DNA of 64,000 nt from Kondoa subrosea (Eukaryota), in the NCBI GenBank assembly GCA_039545335.1, contig BCIN01000008.1:631528-695527 (forward strand), written 5' to 3'. The stretch's first letter is position 1. Each line of letters opens with the position of its first letter. A model generated the notes under the pieces. That model was given only the letters and a program-made list of their open reading frames with translations. It did no database searches and was not told the origin of the DNA. The position numbers and the translations under genes were made by a program. Positions 40,031-52,442 of this stretch are shown here, piece after piece.

Positions 40031-41857
40031 CTAATGACTGCGGCGAACGATATGCATACGCTTGCGGAGAGATCCACATTGAGCATAGATTGCATCGCAA
40101 GCGCTGAAATCTTTAGCTCCACCTGCTTGAGCCTCGTAAGTAAATATGATGATCACAAGAAAAATGTCCACTCACTTCCTGAAGTGTTGATCTTGTCTCT
40201 GCAGCTGTTCATGGCCGACATACATGTCTTGCGGAACATAAGACAAGACGAGACTTGGCAAGGCTATTGACTTACGTTGTAATCTTTGTATGAGCCGGAA
40301 GCAGGAGGAGTAGGCTTCGATGAAGGAGTAGTAGTACCAACAGGTTTCTTTGCGGAAGTTTGAGCTGGACCGGCAGCTACAGAACTATATCAGGCAGATG
40401 AGAACAAGGTAGACGCTATGATGTAATGATGTAGACCTACGTTGAACTTGAAGAAGTCACAGGTGCTAAAACCTTTGTAGACGAGGGAACTACAGAAGTT
40501 CCCGCAATGGGCGCGGCAGAAGACGAAGCGATTGGTGCAGGAGCTGCATTTGAAGAATCTCCGCACAAAGCACATGGAGGACCGGGAACGGTGTAAGAAG
40601 TGATTGCAGGGTAGTAGATTGATAGTGCGAAACCAGGGTCGCTTGCTTTGTAGGCCGCAGGAAACGTCTGCAGGTATATGAGAACCGATCTCTGTGCCAG
40701 TGGAATCACAACGTACAGTAGTCTGGACATTCGCAGGCAAGCTCGATGCGCCACCAGTGACTTGAATATTGAAGCACTGCACGTAGGGCTGAATTTCACC
40801 GCTGTAGCAGTTTCAGCGCAAGAGAAGATAAGAGTTAAGAACAACTGACGGAGCAGAGTGTAGAGCAATGAATTCGTGTCTCATAACGCTGTCAGCGACA
40901 TGTCAGAATCTTATTCAGACTGCAAAGAAGTCCACCACTCACTAATTTCCGCTTGGAGTGCCCGTTGGGATCTTGACAGTGCTAGTGAATGAGTTGGCAG
41001 CATTGACACTATCACTATGATCGTTGTCAAAACAGGTCGCAATTGATGAAGTAAAAGACTTACGTCGCCCAAACACCGTCCTTCCAGCCATCCTTCTGAA
41101 TAGCAAAGAACTTGGTTGAAGTATCAGTCTTGAAGTTCGCACAGTCGCCTCCGCAATTGGCTAGGTATCCGGTGATAGGCCCATGGTGACTTTCGGCTAA
41201 AGGAGATTCAGAACTAGTCACCCTGCTTGAACCTTCTTCACGTACGCCAAGTACTGGGGCCAAGGCATCGTCAGCTTGAGGATTTGGCGAAGATTTATAA
41301 AATAACTCACTTCCACTTGATGACCATTGAGTCGCCAGCAGCGATCTTTCCAGTCAAAGGCGCACTTTCACCGTTATTGGCTCTGCCGCAGACCTGGAAA
41401 AGATCATCAGCTCTTTCACATGTGCAAGCAAAAAGCACGTGCCATATCGGGTGAACCCAATGCATCAAAGCCCTCTGCAAAGAAGCGCAAACATAAGCGT
41501 TACTAGAGGACCTACAGAAAATGACGAACCATCTGTGTTGTGGACAGGCCTTGCACTGCAAAACAGAAACATATTCAGATTCTGCACGATTACACCCGAG
41601 ATCTCACTCACATCGTCGGAGCAGAAGCACCATTTTGCGGATTGTAGCCAACGTATTCCTTGTGACAGATGAGCCCTACTCAACACATTATCAGAACATC
41701 GGTGACTTACTGTGCCGCCGACACTAATGCTACAATCGACAGACATGAGCAACCAAACATAGAACACTCAAGCCTAGACATACGATGAGATGTGACCGTG
41801 AGCGGCCACAGAAGAGACAAAGAGAGCCAGAGAGACGAATGCAGCAGGAGAGAACAT
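40031..41857 (-). CDS. AA9 lytic polysaccharide monooxygenase with S/T/P linker and C-terminal Cys module, many micro-exons
   Basis: Signal peptide ending SVAA then N-terminal His (HGHI), SHHGPITGYLANC, FFAIQKDG, RHEFIALH, QPYVQCFNIQVTG, YTVPGP. Confidence 0.88.
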
Positions 41858-42452
41858 ATTTTTTCGACCAGCGATAGAAGGAGAGAGAGGGAGTGTGAGT
41901 GAAGAGGATGAAGAAAGGAAAGGGATGAAAAGTGAAAACAAGTAAGAAGCAAGCGAATGAAGGCAACAGATTGCGTCCATGTCAGGCGCTCCATGTGATG
42001 CTTTCCAAGCTGTTTCATATACATCGATTCACCGAAGTATCGTTCTGAGGCTTCTGTAATTGCGAGCGTCGATGCAAAAGCGCGATCCGATGAATCGCTG
42101 ACGTGGACCAACATCACGAAAGCTGAGGCAAGATCAATCTTTCCTGGTGAACCGCAAGATTCCACGAGTTGCATGAAGTAAGTTCGCAGGCTCTGCTTCT
42201 GCAGTTGTTGTGCTTCACACGAGTATGACAATATATCATATGATGCACGCGCTCCGATGCTATGTGAGAGCTTTTGGCTCTTGGATGTATCGACTGATGA
42301 AAATCCTCAGAAGGAGCTCTCAAGAGTTGGCAAGCGTTTTAAGCCTGAAGTGACCTTAATGCTATACAGTGTGATCGTATCTCGTTTATATCGTGTCACT
42401 GAGTCTATTCAAGCAGTCTTTGCTATACATTGTCCTGGCGAAATTTCCAAGT

Positions 42453-44945
42453 TCAAAGCTAATCAAGCATCAGCAATTACCTTAATCGCACAATGAAAGA
42501 CTTACCGACAAGCCCATCACTTTCTCCTTGAGGATTTGAGGTTGCTCCATAGCCAAATGACAAAGAGCGCGAAGATCTTCCGTGTCGAGGAGATGGATTG
42601 TCAATTTAGGTGCGGCACGGACACCAAAGCTCTTGACAACCTTAAACACGCGTTCACCTACTTTTTGCTTTTGTTCGTGAACTGTCGATATATTAAGTGA
42701 AAGACAAAAGGTTGAACGCAAATAATTGACCTTTCAGCTCTTGCAGCCCATCGATGAACTCGTCTACACTTCGAATGGTTTCTGAATTAGCTTTAGCAGT
42801 ATTGGCTGGCGGGCTGCTTGAAGCTGTAAGAAGATCAACTTCTGCGCACATACCGAGGGAAGAGGAATACATACAAGCCAATTCAATGATCTTTATGGCA
42901 GGTAAGGCACCAAGCGATGCAGCTGTGTACCCATCTGTTGACTCAGCTTTGGATGCCTCTATCTTCGCATCTATCTTTTGCTTGACTTCGTCGGCATCGG
43001 CTAGAACGTGCATAGCTTCTCGAGCTTTCTCCGCTAGTACTTCTTGGTTGAACAGGCATACTGTAAGCAAAATTCTGTAAATTCTAGGTTAAAGAAACCA
43101 GATCCTCCAGTGGCTTACATGATTTGTCTTTCTTAGCTGCAACGAAAGGAATCAGCCGGGAGCCATCTGGGTCGGATCTGACTCACACAGCGACAACAAC
43201 AGCTCCAAAACTTCAGGTCTTTGTTCCACTGGTACGCTTTCGACCTTTTCCAAACCAGCAGCAAACCTCTCCCTTTCCTGAGGTGTGACATTTCCACTAG
43301 TTGACATAGTTTTGGATTGATTGGCAGGTGAAGCATCACCGGCAGAAGAGGAAGAAGAAGACATGGACAAAGGTCTCACACCTTGAGATTCAGGTGAACC
43401 AAAAGTGTTTGATCTTGGACTTGAAGGAGGAGATAGACCTCGAACTCTTCTAGTGATATCTTCTACTAAACCAGCTTCATCGAAACTCCCTCCTCTCTGT
43501 CTTGGTCCACTGGTACGGTCTTTAGGTTTTGACCATAAAGAAGCGAAATGGCGAGGTTCGTGAAAACGGACTGTAATAGCTTCGCTGACGCCGAAATCGC
43601 CATGAACTGCTGCTCCATGCATATGATGTAAAGCGTTGGCTGCTTCTTCTGGTCGAGTGAAAGAAACGAAACCAAAGCATTTGGAATTGCCAGTCTGTTC
43701 ATCACGCATCACTCGAGCAGAAACTATCTTGCCATAATGCTTGAAAGCGTTGAAGAGATCTTTTGATGAAAGAAGAGGGTCGAGATCCTGTACAAATCCA
43801 AACTCAAGATCATGCAAAAGTGCTAAGCATTTAACCATACCTTGCAGAAGAGATTTCTAGGATCTACAGGAGCATCTGATCCAGCGTTCTTGTATATTGT
43901 ATTATAATTGGGATCAAAGTTGATACCCATATCGTATAGAGAACCAGAAGAGCTGCTTGAACTATGGGAGAAGGCTCTTCTGTGCATGTCGAAACCTTCA
44001 GGCATTGGCATTCCCACGCTCATAGGTTGCATAGCGCCGCTGAAAGAAGAGTAGCGTTGCTGTTGCTGTTGAGGAACGAAAGATGGTGCATCAGCCCATG
44101 AAGATCTCCGCTCGTGATATGTTTGAAGAGGCTGTTGCTGTTGATGAACACCTCTGATAGGACCACGGTTCTGATCATACATTGACATGGTGATAGTGAA
44201 GCCGTCTATGTCAGCTGAACACCATGAATCAGGAATAGTCTTAAAATAAGGCTTCCAAGTTCAAACTTACAGCAATGCAACGCTCGAGTCGCAGCCTGGG
44301 CGTGAGCCTCTTCATAAAAGTCTACAGCGGCCAGGCCCCTGTTCGTGATTAAGGTTCAGCAATCTAGCAGCGCAATTCTACAACGTGGGACTTGCCCGAA
44401 GTTTCCTTGCGTATCATATTGCAATCTTAGACGATAAAGAGGGCCAAAGCGTCTGCATATATCGAACAGCTGACCTGGAGTGATCGAATCGGGTAGTTGT
44501 TTGATCAAGCGTGATTGAGTAATAGGTGCAGGAGGATCCATTGAACTATCGCCATTTAGCGAAAGTGAAAGGATTCCGTTTGGTCCAAAATTGTATTGCT
44601 GAGCCGTCGCGTAGGCTTTCTCGCCTTTCAGTCAAAGACCCGATCATCAGTCTATGATGTCAGCATCGAGAGAGACGCACAATTGGCCAATAGCTCAAAC
44701 TCAACATATCCTTGAATGGGCTGGTAGATACTGCGGCTTCTATCTATGACAGGGCGAGCTCTGTACAGCAAAGGTGAGTAAGCTATCTGAGCATGCGACA
44801 TTAAAGCGGCTCACTTTGTGCATTCGGCCAGAGCTTGCATGAGATCATTATCTGGTAGAGCGGAGGAAATGCCTTGTACATGTAACACAGGCTTGGTGAT
44901 GTATGGATGAGGGGTATGAGTAGCGTCTGTTGCGCTTGTAGTCAT
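42453..44945 (-). CDS. RRM4: RRM plus MLLE(PABC) RNA-binding protein, Rrm4-like, multi-exon
   Basis: RRM-like exons, DPRNLFCK...FKHYGKIVSARVMRD...SKCFGFVSF, and a C-terminal MLLE-like EQKQKVGERVF...APKLTIHLLDTEDLRALCHL. Confidence 0.8.
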
Positions 44946-45267
44946 CGTCTTAAAATCGTTTTATTCGTGAATAACGTAAATGAGGCTCTTGACAGAAGCG
45001 AGCACAGAAAGGGAAGGTCGTAGGAGAGGTCGTGAGGGGACAGAAGCAGGCAGAGAGAGAGAGAAAAAGCAAGGGCAAGAGCAAAGCAAGCAGCGCGGCA
45101 ATTACTCAGAGCAAGGACCCCATTCGAAGGCATCTTCTGATTCCGTAAAAGGATCCAAGTCAGGTGACCCTCGTTTTGCAAGATATAGCAAGCTGATTCA
45201 TCGCGTACAGTTGCATAATCGTCGCGGTTTGACGTTTGACATTAGGTTTTGTCTTGGTTTTGTGCAG

Positions 45268-46686
45268 ATGGCAGAATTGCATCCGAAGAAGCGTGAGTCT
45301 AGAGTCTGTCAGAGTATCCGATGCTATGTCTGATATCTGCTATAGACATCGCTTTCGCACTGCGGTGCCTGCGTCTGCTTCCAGCGCATTATACGAATGA
45401 AGATGCATCAAGGTAAAGTTACAATCTTCCTCCCTAGCTATTCTCATAAGTGTAACAGAATGTCACTGGCTTTCTTTGCTCTTTCCTGTCTCGAGCTGCT
45501 TGGAGTATTGGAAGAGAAACTCTCTTTGCAGGAAAGGCAAGGTTATGTAGATTGGATCTACGAGCAGCAAATGCCTAGTGGAGGCTTCCGGGGCAGTCCA
45601 GCTTCTGGTCCGATCACAGTGCGCATGATTCTATTGGACATTGGACATGAGAAAAACACTGACCTACAGCAGAACTCTTCGTTCCAGCATGCGCACTTGA
45701 TCAATACTTATACTGCCATCTTATCTCTTGCACTGTTACGAGATGACTTCAAACGTTTGGATCGACCTAGTCTCAAGAATTTCGTTGGCTCCTGCCAAAC
45801 TCCTTCAGGCTCGTAAGTTCTGTTTGGACTGCAAATCACTCATGCTGATAGGAATAGCTTCCTGCCGTATCCTAATTCTCAAGAAGAAGATATCCGTTCC
45901 AGCTTTTGCGCTATCGCGATATGCAATATGCTTCAAGACCTTAAGATCATCGATTTGGGCTCTGCCATACAATTTATACATCACTGTCAGGTCCGTAATA
46001 ATGCTTCGAGCGTACTCAAATATCTTATTATTATCGTCAGACCTACGATGGTGGTTATGCTCAAGCTCCAGGTTGTGAATCACAAGGTGAGACATTTTTA
46101 TCAATTGTAGCATTTTGGCTCACAGGACTTTATTTTTCCAGGTGGAAGTACCTGCTGCGCTATATCAGCACTTTCACTAGCCTCAAAGCTGGAAGAAGCG
46201 CCAAATCGAGATCAAACGCTAGCTTGGGCGGTTCACAGACAAGTCTCACCCAATCCCAATGTCTTTGATGACGAAGATTCGACGGACTTGGAGCTGGCTG
46301 TCAAGGCTTCTTCTATGGCTGGATTTCAAGGAAGAGCGGGCAAAGATCCAGATGCTTGCTATAGCTATTGGATAGGTGCGACAATACGAGTGAGTCTCTG
46401 ATTCGTCCGCGGAGACCTCGCTGATACAAGTAGTTCATAGCTAATTGAACCGACTTTGACACCTGATCTAGAGAAAGAACATACCTTTCTGCTCGCCTGT
46501 CAAGACAATCGACTTGGTGGATTCGCCAAAGAACCAGGCAACTACCCTGACATCTACCACACTTTCCTTTCATTGTGTGCTCTGGCGATGGGTAGATACG
46601 CAGGACTGAAATCTGTCGATCTGGCCATGAATATTACAATAGACGGATTAACGCATCTTCGTTCTCATATTAATGTACAAGCATAA
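45268..46686 (+). CDS. CDC43: Geranylgeranyltransferase type I beta subunit, multi-exon
   Basis: RMSLAFFALSCLELL, GGFRGSP, LALLRDDF, CQTYDGG, GFQGRAGKDPDACYSYWIG, GGFAKEPGNYPDIYH. Confidence 0.92.
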
Positions 46687-46755
46687 TGTATTAGTATATC
46701 TATCTCATCTACACATCTCTTCTCTTCTCTCTATCTTCCTTCTTTCTAGAATAGA

Positions 46756-48247
46756 CTACATCAAAGGCTTCCAAGATTCGTTTCGTTCGCGATCCTCTTC
46801 ATCTCCCCATCGCCGTGTATACCCATTTCTGACAGCAGCTTGATATTCGTCTTCCCTCTTTCCATCATCACCATCCCTTATCAAACTCGTCCTCTCATCT
46901 TTATTCCCTATTCGAGCTACAATTGAACTCTTTGCGCGGTTCACCCATTCAGTAGTATTTGCAAACTCTTTACCCCAAATCTGTTCAAGCCCAGGTTTAG
47001 GTGTTGTGACTAAAGAGCTTGATCTAGTATGAGAGCTAGCTGATTGAGAAGATCGCATAGTGGAAAAATTGTTTGGTGGTGGTACTATAGATTCTGGTCG
47101 ACGTCTTGTAGGTACAGGAGGTGGAGGAGCTCTTCTAGTTCCTGATATCGTTTTGGATCGAGAAAGTGAAGAAGAACGAATACTGAAATCAGATCCACCT
47201 GTATCTTGTGCCGCTAAAGCTGAAATTGGCCAATTGGTTTTCAATGATTCTCTTTGATTTGTATGGTTATACACTGAGTTGGCAGCTGAAGAAGTTCCGG
47301 TAGAAGAGCTGGTCAGAGTTTGGGTTAAGCTGAAATTGTCCGAATCGTTTGCTGCTGAGTCTTCTCGGTACGCATTTGCTTTCGCTGCTCCAAGAGGTCT
47401 AGGCCGCAAGTTGGTAGAAGGTCCAATATAGGTAGAGGAAACAAGCTTCGGTTTGGGTGCGATCAAGGGACTTCTACCGACATGAATGCTTGATGGTTCA
47501 GAAAAGACGGTCCGCGAAGAGTTCCTAGTATGCTTCATTGGTGTTGGAGTCTGATTGGTGGTGACATCTGATATCTGCCTTTTCGGCGGAGGTTGAATTG
47601 GTCGACGCTTCGGTAAAGGGGGACCTTCAGTAGGTGAAATATGATTCGTCGGCGAACTTGCGCTGCTTCTAGACGGCACGTCTGTGTTGATTGGAGAAAG
47701 AGCGCCCTGCTGCGAACGGTTCCGGAAAGGATTGGTAGAAATCGGAGCTGGAACTGGTTGTCTGCGAGGTGTTACGGTATCAATGTCATTCGTCGGCAGA
47801 GGATCTTCCTTGCGGAAAGGATTGCTTCCATTAGAGAGTGAGCGATGATGTTGGGTAGGAGTGAGTGTCAGAGGATCAGACGATTGGATGAATGCATGAT
47901 CTCGCAGCAAGAGTTTGCCGACCGATTGCTGGGCGGCAATGTAGCGTAGTATTGCTAGACAGTGTCCAGGACTGAAATCTGTCACCTTGCTAGACTTGAA
48001 GAAGGCCAGAATCTGGCGCATGCACAGCGTCAGCAAGTTGATTCATGCCTTATTCGTCAATATGCACCTGATCTTCCTTCTGCTTATCCTTGCCTAGCAC
48101 AGGACAGGCCTCATTGATCACATCCATCACTTCCTGACTGCCCCATGTCCTGTTCTGTTCTTGCAAGCTACCCCAAAAGTCTTCATATTGTTCGAATTCA
48201 GCTGGCGAACAAGCGCTCAGATCCAACTTGAGCGAACGTTTGGCCAT
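46756..48247 (-). CDS. Ser/Pro-rich protein with EH-like N-terminus and two NPF motifs (possible endocytic adaptor)
   Basis: EFEQYEDFW...CLAILRYIAAQQ, SNPFR and TNPFR motifs, and PPPPVPTRR. Confidence 0.55.
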
Positions 48248-48413
48248 ATTCTGTTATGTGGGTGGTATCACAGAGTTCTTGATATCATCCACAGACCAAT
48301 TAGGTATATAGTACTTTCGCTGTCTGCAGAAAACAAGCTGAACTCTCGCGTGTCATTGGAAGCCGAAGAAGTCGTGTCAATGGACTAGAAGGATAGATTG
48401 AGGTAATTATGCA

Positions 48414-49502
48414 TTAACCTTTAATTGTAGTGATATACCGAAACATCGAAAGTCCCTTCGTCATCTTGATGTCAAGAAGTGAGACCTGCTCCTTCTGTTC
48501 ACGCAGGGCTTCGCTCAGGGAGTACAGCCCACAATATTGATACTCTTGACTTGTTGTACAGGTTTGGGATTGTGCTAATACCATGAAATCAGCTTGAGTA
48601 ATTTCTGAGACAAACGAAACTAAAACTAACCTTCCAATCGAGCTCGCCAGCCCAGTTTGCTCCACTGTCAGAAGCCCAAGGGCCCATCTTGAAGTTCTGT
48701 ATACACATCAATCAGTATTATATCAAAAATCAACACCAATTTGAACGGACAAGAGCTTGTGTTGGCCAATTCTTTACATTCGTCCTCTTATGAGTTCGAA
48801 TTATTTTGCCATTGACAGCGAGCGTCACTCGATCATCCAACCAGGTCAAACGATATTTGTAAAACCTGTCAAAGCTGTGAGCCAAAGTCAATGACACAAA
48901 AAACCGACACATACTGTTTTGTAGGATGATATGGACTCGTCTTGGTTGAATAAGTAACACGTTCTCCTTCTTTCCATCTATTCTTGTTCATGAGCTTATT
49001 GGCTTCTGCGAAAGGGTTATAGACTTACATGACGGTTTGTAGTTCTCTAGGACTACCGCCAGTAATTTCCAAGTCAATCTCATCTGTCGCGTTGCCTATA
49101 CCACGAAATATAGCAGGCGTTACGATCCCAGAAGCAGGTGAAGCGAGCATGTCGATTTCAAAGTATACAGGTGGAACGAATTGTTGTTTGGTCCCGAACA
49201 CGATCGCTATCTATCCTTGTCAGCTCACGTTAAACCATGCTGAGAGAATGCTGACTTTGTTTGACATCAGCTTCATTGGGCACTTGCATTGTTAAACCTT
49301 TAGAACCAAAGGAGATGTATTTTTCGGACCCAATTTCTAGATCCCATGTGTTCCGATCTGTCATGACTTATAAGCTTTGTGATTGAATAGGACCAAGACG
49401 CGTACCAAATGAATTGAAGTTGTCCTTGATTGTTACTTGATTGCATTGGTCTGCAGCAATAGAAGAGACTAGAATCAGACCGAGAAGGACGGATGCGAGC
49501 AT
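48414..49502 (-). CDS. Secreted GH16 glycoside hydrolase/transglycosylase-like protein, multi-exon (3' end approximate)
   Basis: Signal peptide MLASVLLGLILVSSIAA, SGIVTPAIF...TDEIDLEITG (ExDxE), FYKYRLTW...VNGKIIRT. Confidence 0.8.
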
Positions 49503-49804
49503 GTTGATCTTGGAAGAATGAGTTGTAAGAAGAGAACAGAGAGAAGCTTGAACAAGTGAACAGGAGCTTGTGTTGTGCTCAAAACATGGTTTTCCTTATT
49601 CAGAACTGGGTTGGAATGAAGAATGTACAAGACACGCCAAGACGCGTTCAGTTGAGATCAGAGACTGGACTAAGCTCTTGTATTGACATGTCTTGGAGAC
49701 TGCACACTGCTGCTAATTACGCGTCGACAATTGAACCGAGGAGTTCAGCAGAAGAGGCCAGAAAAGCAGCCAGTTCAGACAGGATATTCGAGATGAAGCG
49801 CCTC

Positions 49805-50485
49805 TTCTATGAGCGGGGCGTATGTATCACTTTCTCGTTTGCGTTCTTGTCTTGCGACATCGCTTCAATCGTACTTCTTTGTTCATCTTGACTATCCTGA
49901 CCAATCTGAATCTCTCCAATCCTCAATCTTGTCCTACATACATGATCAGCATGCTACAGGTCGCAGTAAGTTTGGAGCAGACTGACCACATGCCCTTATG
50001 TATCAGTCTTCTGCTATACCTCTGTCTTCTCTTAAACTTCTCAATCACTTGCATCTTGGATTTCGTATGTTCCACGACCGTAGCATAAACTTTAACTTGA
50101 TCTTCCCTCAATGCGCCTCCCTCACTTGCTGCACTCGACGGCCTTAACGTATAATCCCTCGAACCGACTTCTACAATCCTGTCCAGCTGAATAACATCTC
50201 CTACTGCCAATCCATTAATCCGAGGTAGAGTGAGAATATCATTAGGTGTAAGTAAATATTTGCGTAAATGGAATTGAGCGACTATGTAGTGTGCTGGTTG
50301 AGATCGAAGGAGAGCTAAAGCTGAAGGTCCAGACGTTGTAGATAAATACCGTGTAAGTGCTGGAGGTAGCTGAGAAAGCCGCTGACTAAAGGAAGGGAGG
50401 AACATGACTGCTTCAAGACGAGATCTTGGATTTGGAAAACGCATGTTGGACTTAATCTGTGATGTGCGCTGAGCTGAGCTGATAG
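49805..50485 (-). repeat. Inverted repeat arm B, partner at 16785-17470
   Basis: Reverse-complement similarity to arm A, including about 80 bp of upstream sequence. Confidence 0.95.
49807..50405 (-). CDS. MRPL49: Mitochondrial ribosomal protein bL21m, copy 2 (2 exons)
   Basis: Near-identical protein core to 16867-17468, with the same intron position and an intact frame. Confidence 0.9.
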
Positions 50486-50716
50486 GTATAACCAGCTACT
50501 CTGCTTGCTAGCGACTGCGATCATTGCATAACAAATCGGCTCGGCTTTAGCACTTGCCTCAAAATGTGCCCATCCCACTTTCGAACACGCCTTGCTCACG
50601 ATTCTCGCTCTTGTTCCTTTCCGTCTCTCTATTTGATTTGGTCTGTTTCGTTTACTTTTGATTTATAAGCTTTACTTGCCGTTCTGCCTCTCACTTTGTC
50701 AAACACTGTCATCACC

Positions 50717-52291
50717 ATGTCCTGCTGTACAATAGTCTCCTTTCCCTTCATTGTGGCGCCTATGGTCAAGCTTCCATCAGATTTGCCAGATGAACAGAAG
50801 AGAACCACAGTCAAGAACCTTCATCGCGTTCTGAAGGTCACCTTCTCCTACAGCAGTCCAGTCCTGCTGCTCTTATATATGATTGCTGGTACTGTAGCAG
50901 ATCAAGACTTTGAATCTCTCATCATCCAAGCTGGAGCGGTCGCTCATCTGTACTGCTCTGTACTTGGAGAAGAGGATCCAATCGCTATCAACTTGAATGA
51001 TGTTCGGCCTCTTCTCTCATGGCTTCGACTTCTCGAGCTGACCTTGAAAGCTTTAGGCGGAAGTTTGGAACCTTGCTATGCTGCATTGTAAGAAGCACAA
51101 GCACTTTCAGCGTTTTACAGCTTCAATTTATGTCCGTTTTTCTCTTTCTTCAACCGCACATTCGCTGATTCAACATCTTCTAGCAATTTGTCTCTTATGG
51201 GCATAAGCTTGATTTAGCTGTAAATTGGGCACATCAGATTAGATGCTCCTCAAGCTTCGAGGCATCATTTCATGCTTATGCTCTAGTCCTCTTCAAACTC
51301 GTGGAAATTGGATGCAGCTAGCGAGCGGCTTGAAGATGATTCTGATCTAAGAAAGAGTATGTGTTCTATCGATAGTCTATAGTCTAGCTGACTATCTTAC
51401 ACCGACTCCAGTCCACAATACTCCGGTAAGATCTGTAGAATATTCGGGCTATCTAAAGCCTGTTCTGATGCGGCCAACCAATGAATAGGGTGCTTTCATT
51501 GGTAAGAAATCTTCACTTGATGGTCGCAACATCGCTTATCTTAGTATGCAGATGTGGATGTTACCAGAGATTGGCGTTCCTTGCCGCCCAAGATAGTCAA
51601 GAAGGTCAGTTCTCGAACGAGCAGATTCTTGTTCTAGCTCATGGAGTTGCAGCAACGGCTCATTTCTCCATTACCGTCTCGCGCCTGGCTAAAGACAAGT
51701 AAGTTATGGACTTGGTCTACAAACAAGCTGCTGAAGATTCAATTTCTGTAGCTGTTTCTTCTCTTCGTACTATGCAGCAGACGTTCGAAATGCAACGCAA
51801 AGGTGAGCTTGAATTTTCAATACTATGCTCTGGCTCACAAAAGGCATCCTCCAGTGATGAAGCCGTCGTCTGAAGTGAAGAAACAGCTACACATGATGAA
51901 AACTTGGACGAGCGCTGTCTGTGATCTGTGAGTACCGTCTTTCGTGCAATGTGAGTCCAACTCAAGTTTTTCTCTGGTCCAGCATGCTAGTCGGTACCGA
52001 CGTATACACTGGACTACCACTAGCGGGATCATTGAATCATCTCGCTACTCGTACTGGACGTCTCGTTATTCGTACTGAAAAAGTGATCACTACAGCTGGT
52101 CTGGATGTTTTGGATAAGGTTCTTACTATATCTCTGTCTGGCAAGAAGTAGATCACATTCTTCATTGTCCTCTCGAGACTGAGCTTCTGGTTTCTCCAGA
52201 CCGGCGCAAAACGCAATTTTCCAAGCGCAAGTTTACCGAGGCTTTCTTGGACGAAAGAATACAAAACCTCAAGAAGGGTCGTTTCTGCTAG
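50717..52291 (+). CDS. Probable multi-exon orphan gene; structure unresolved
   Basis: ORF 50696-51091 plus several plus-strand donor (gtcagt, gtaagt, gtgagc) and acceptor signals. No domain recognised. Confidence 0.3.
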
Positions 52292-52442
52292 AAGTGATTC
52301 CAGCATCGCAATTAGCATGCAGGATTGGAGATTCAGTACAGTATTAGATATGACAAATAATTTATTGATTGTACCTTTAATAGTTACATTACATCTTCCT
52401 GCTATCATCATATGACACACATTACTATTGCTGATATGGCAA

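Noticed and set aside
44990..45100. GA-rich low-complexity tract, also at about 41870-41950
   Set aside because: These are ordinary pyrimidine-rich 5' UTR or promoter tracts of minus-strand genes.
13884..50485. Canonical basidiomycete mating-type locus
   Set aside because: No pheromone receptor, CAAX pheromone precursor or homeodomain gene was recognised in the window. Only an atypical HMG-like gene is present.
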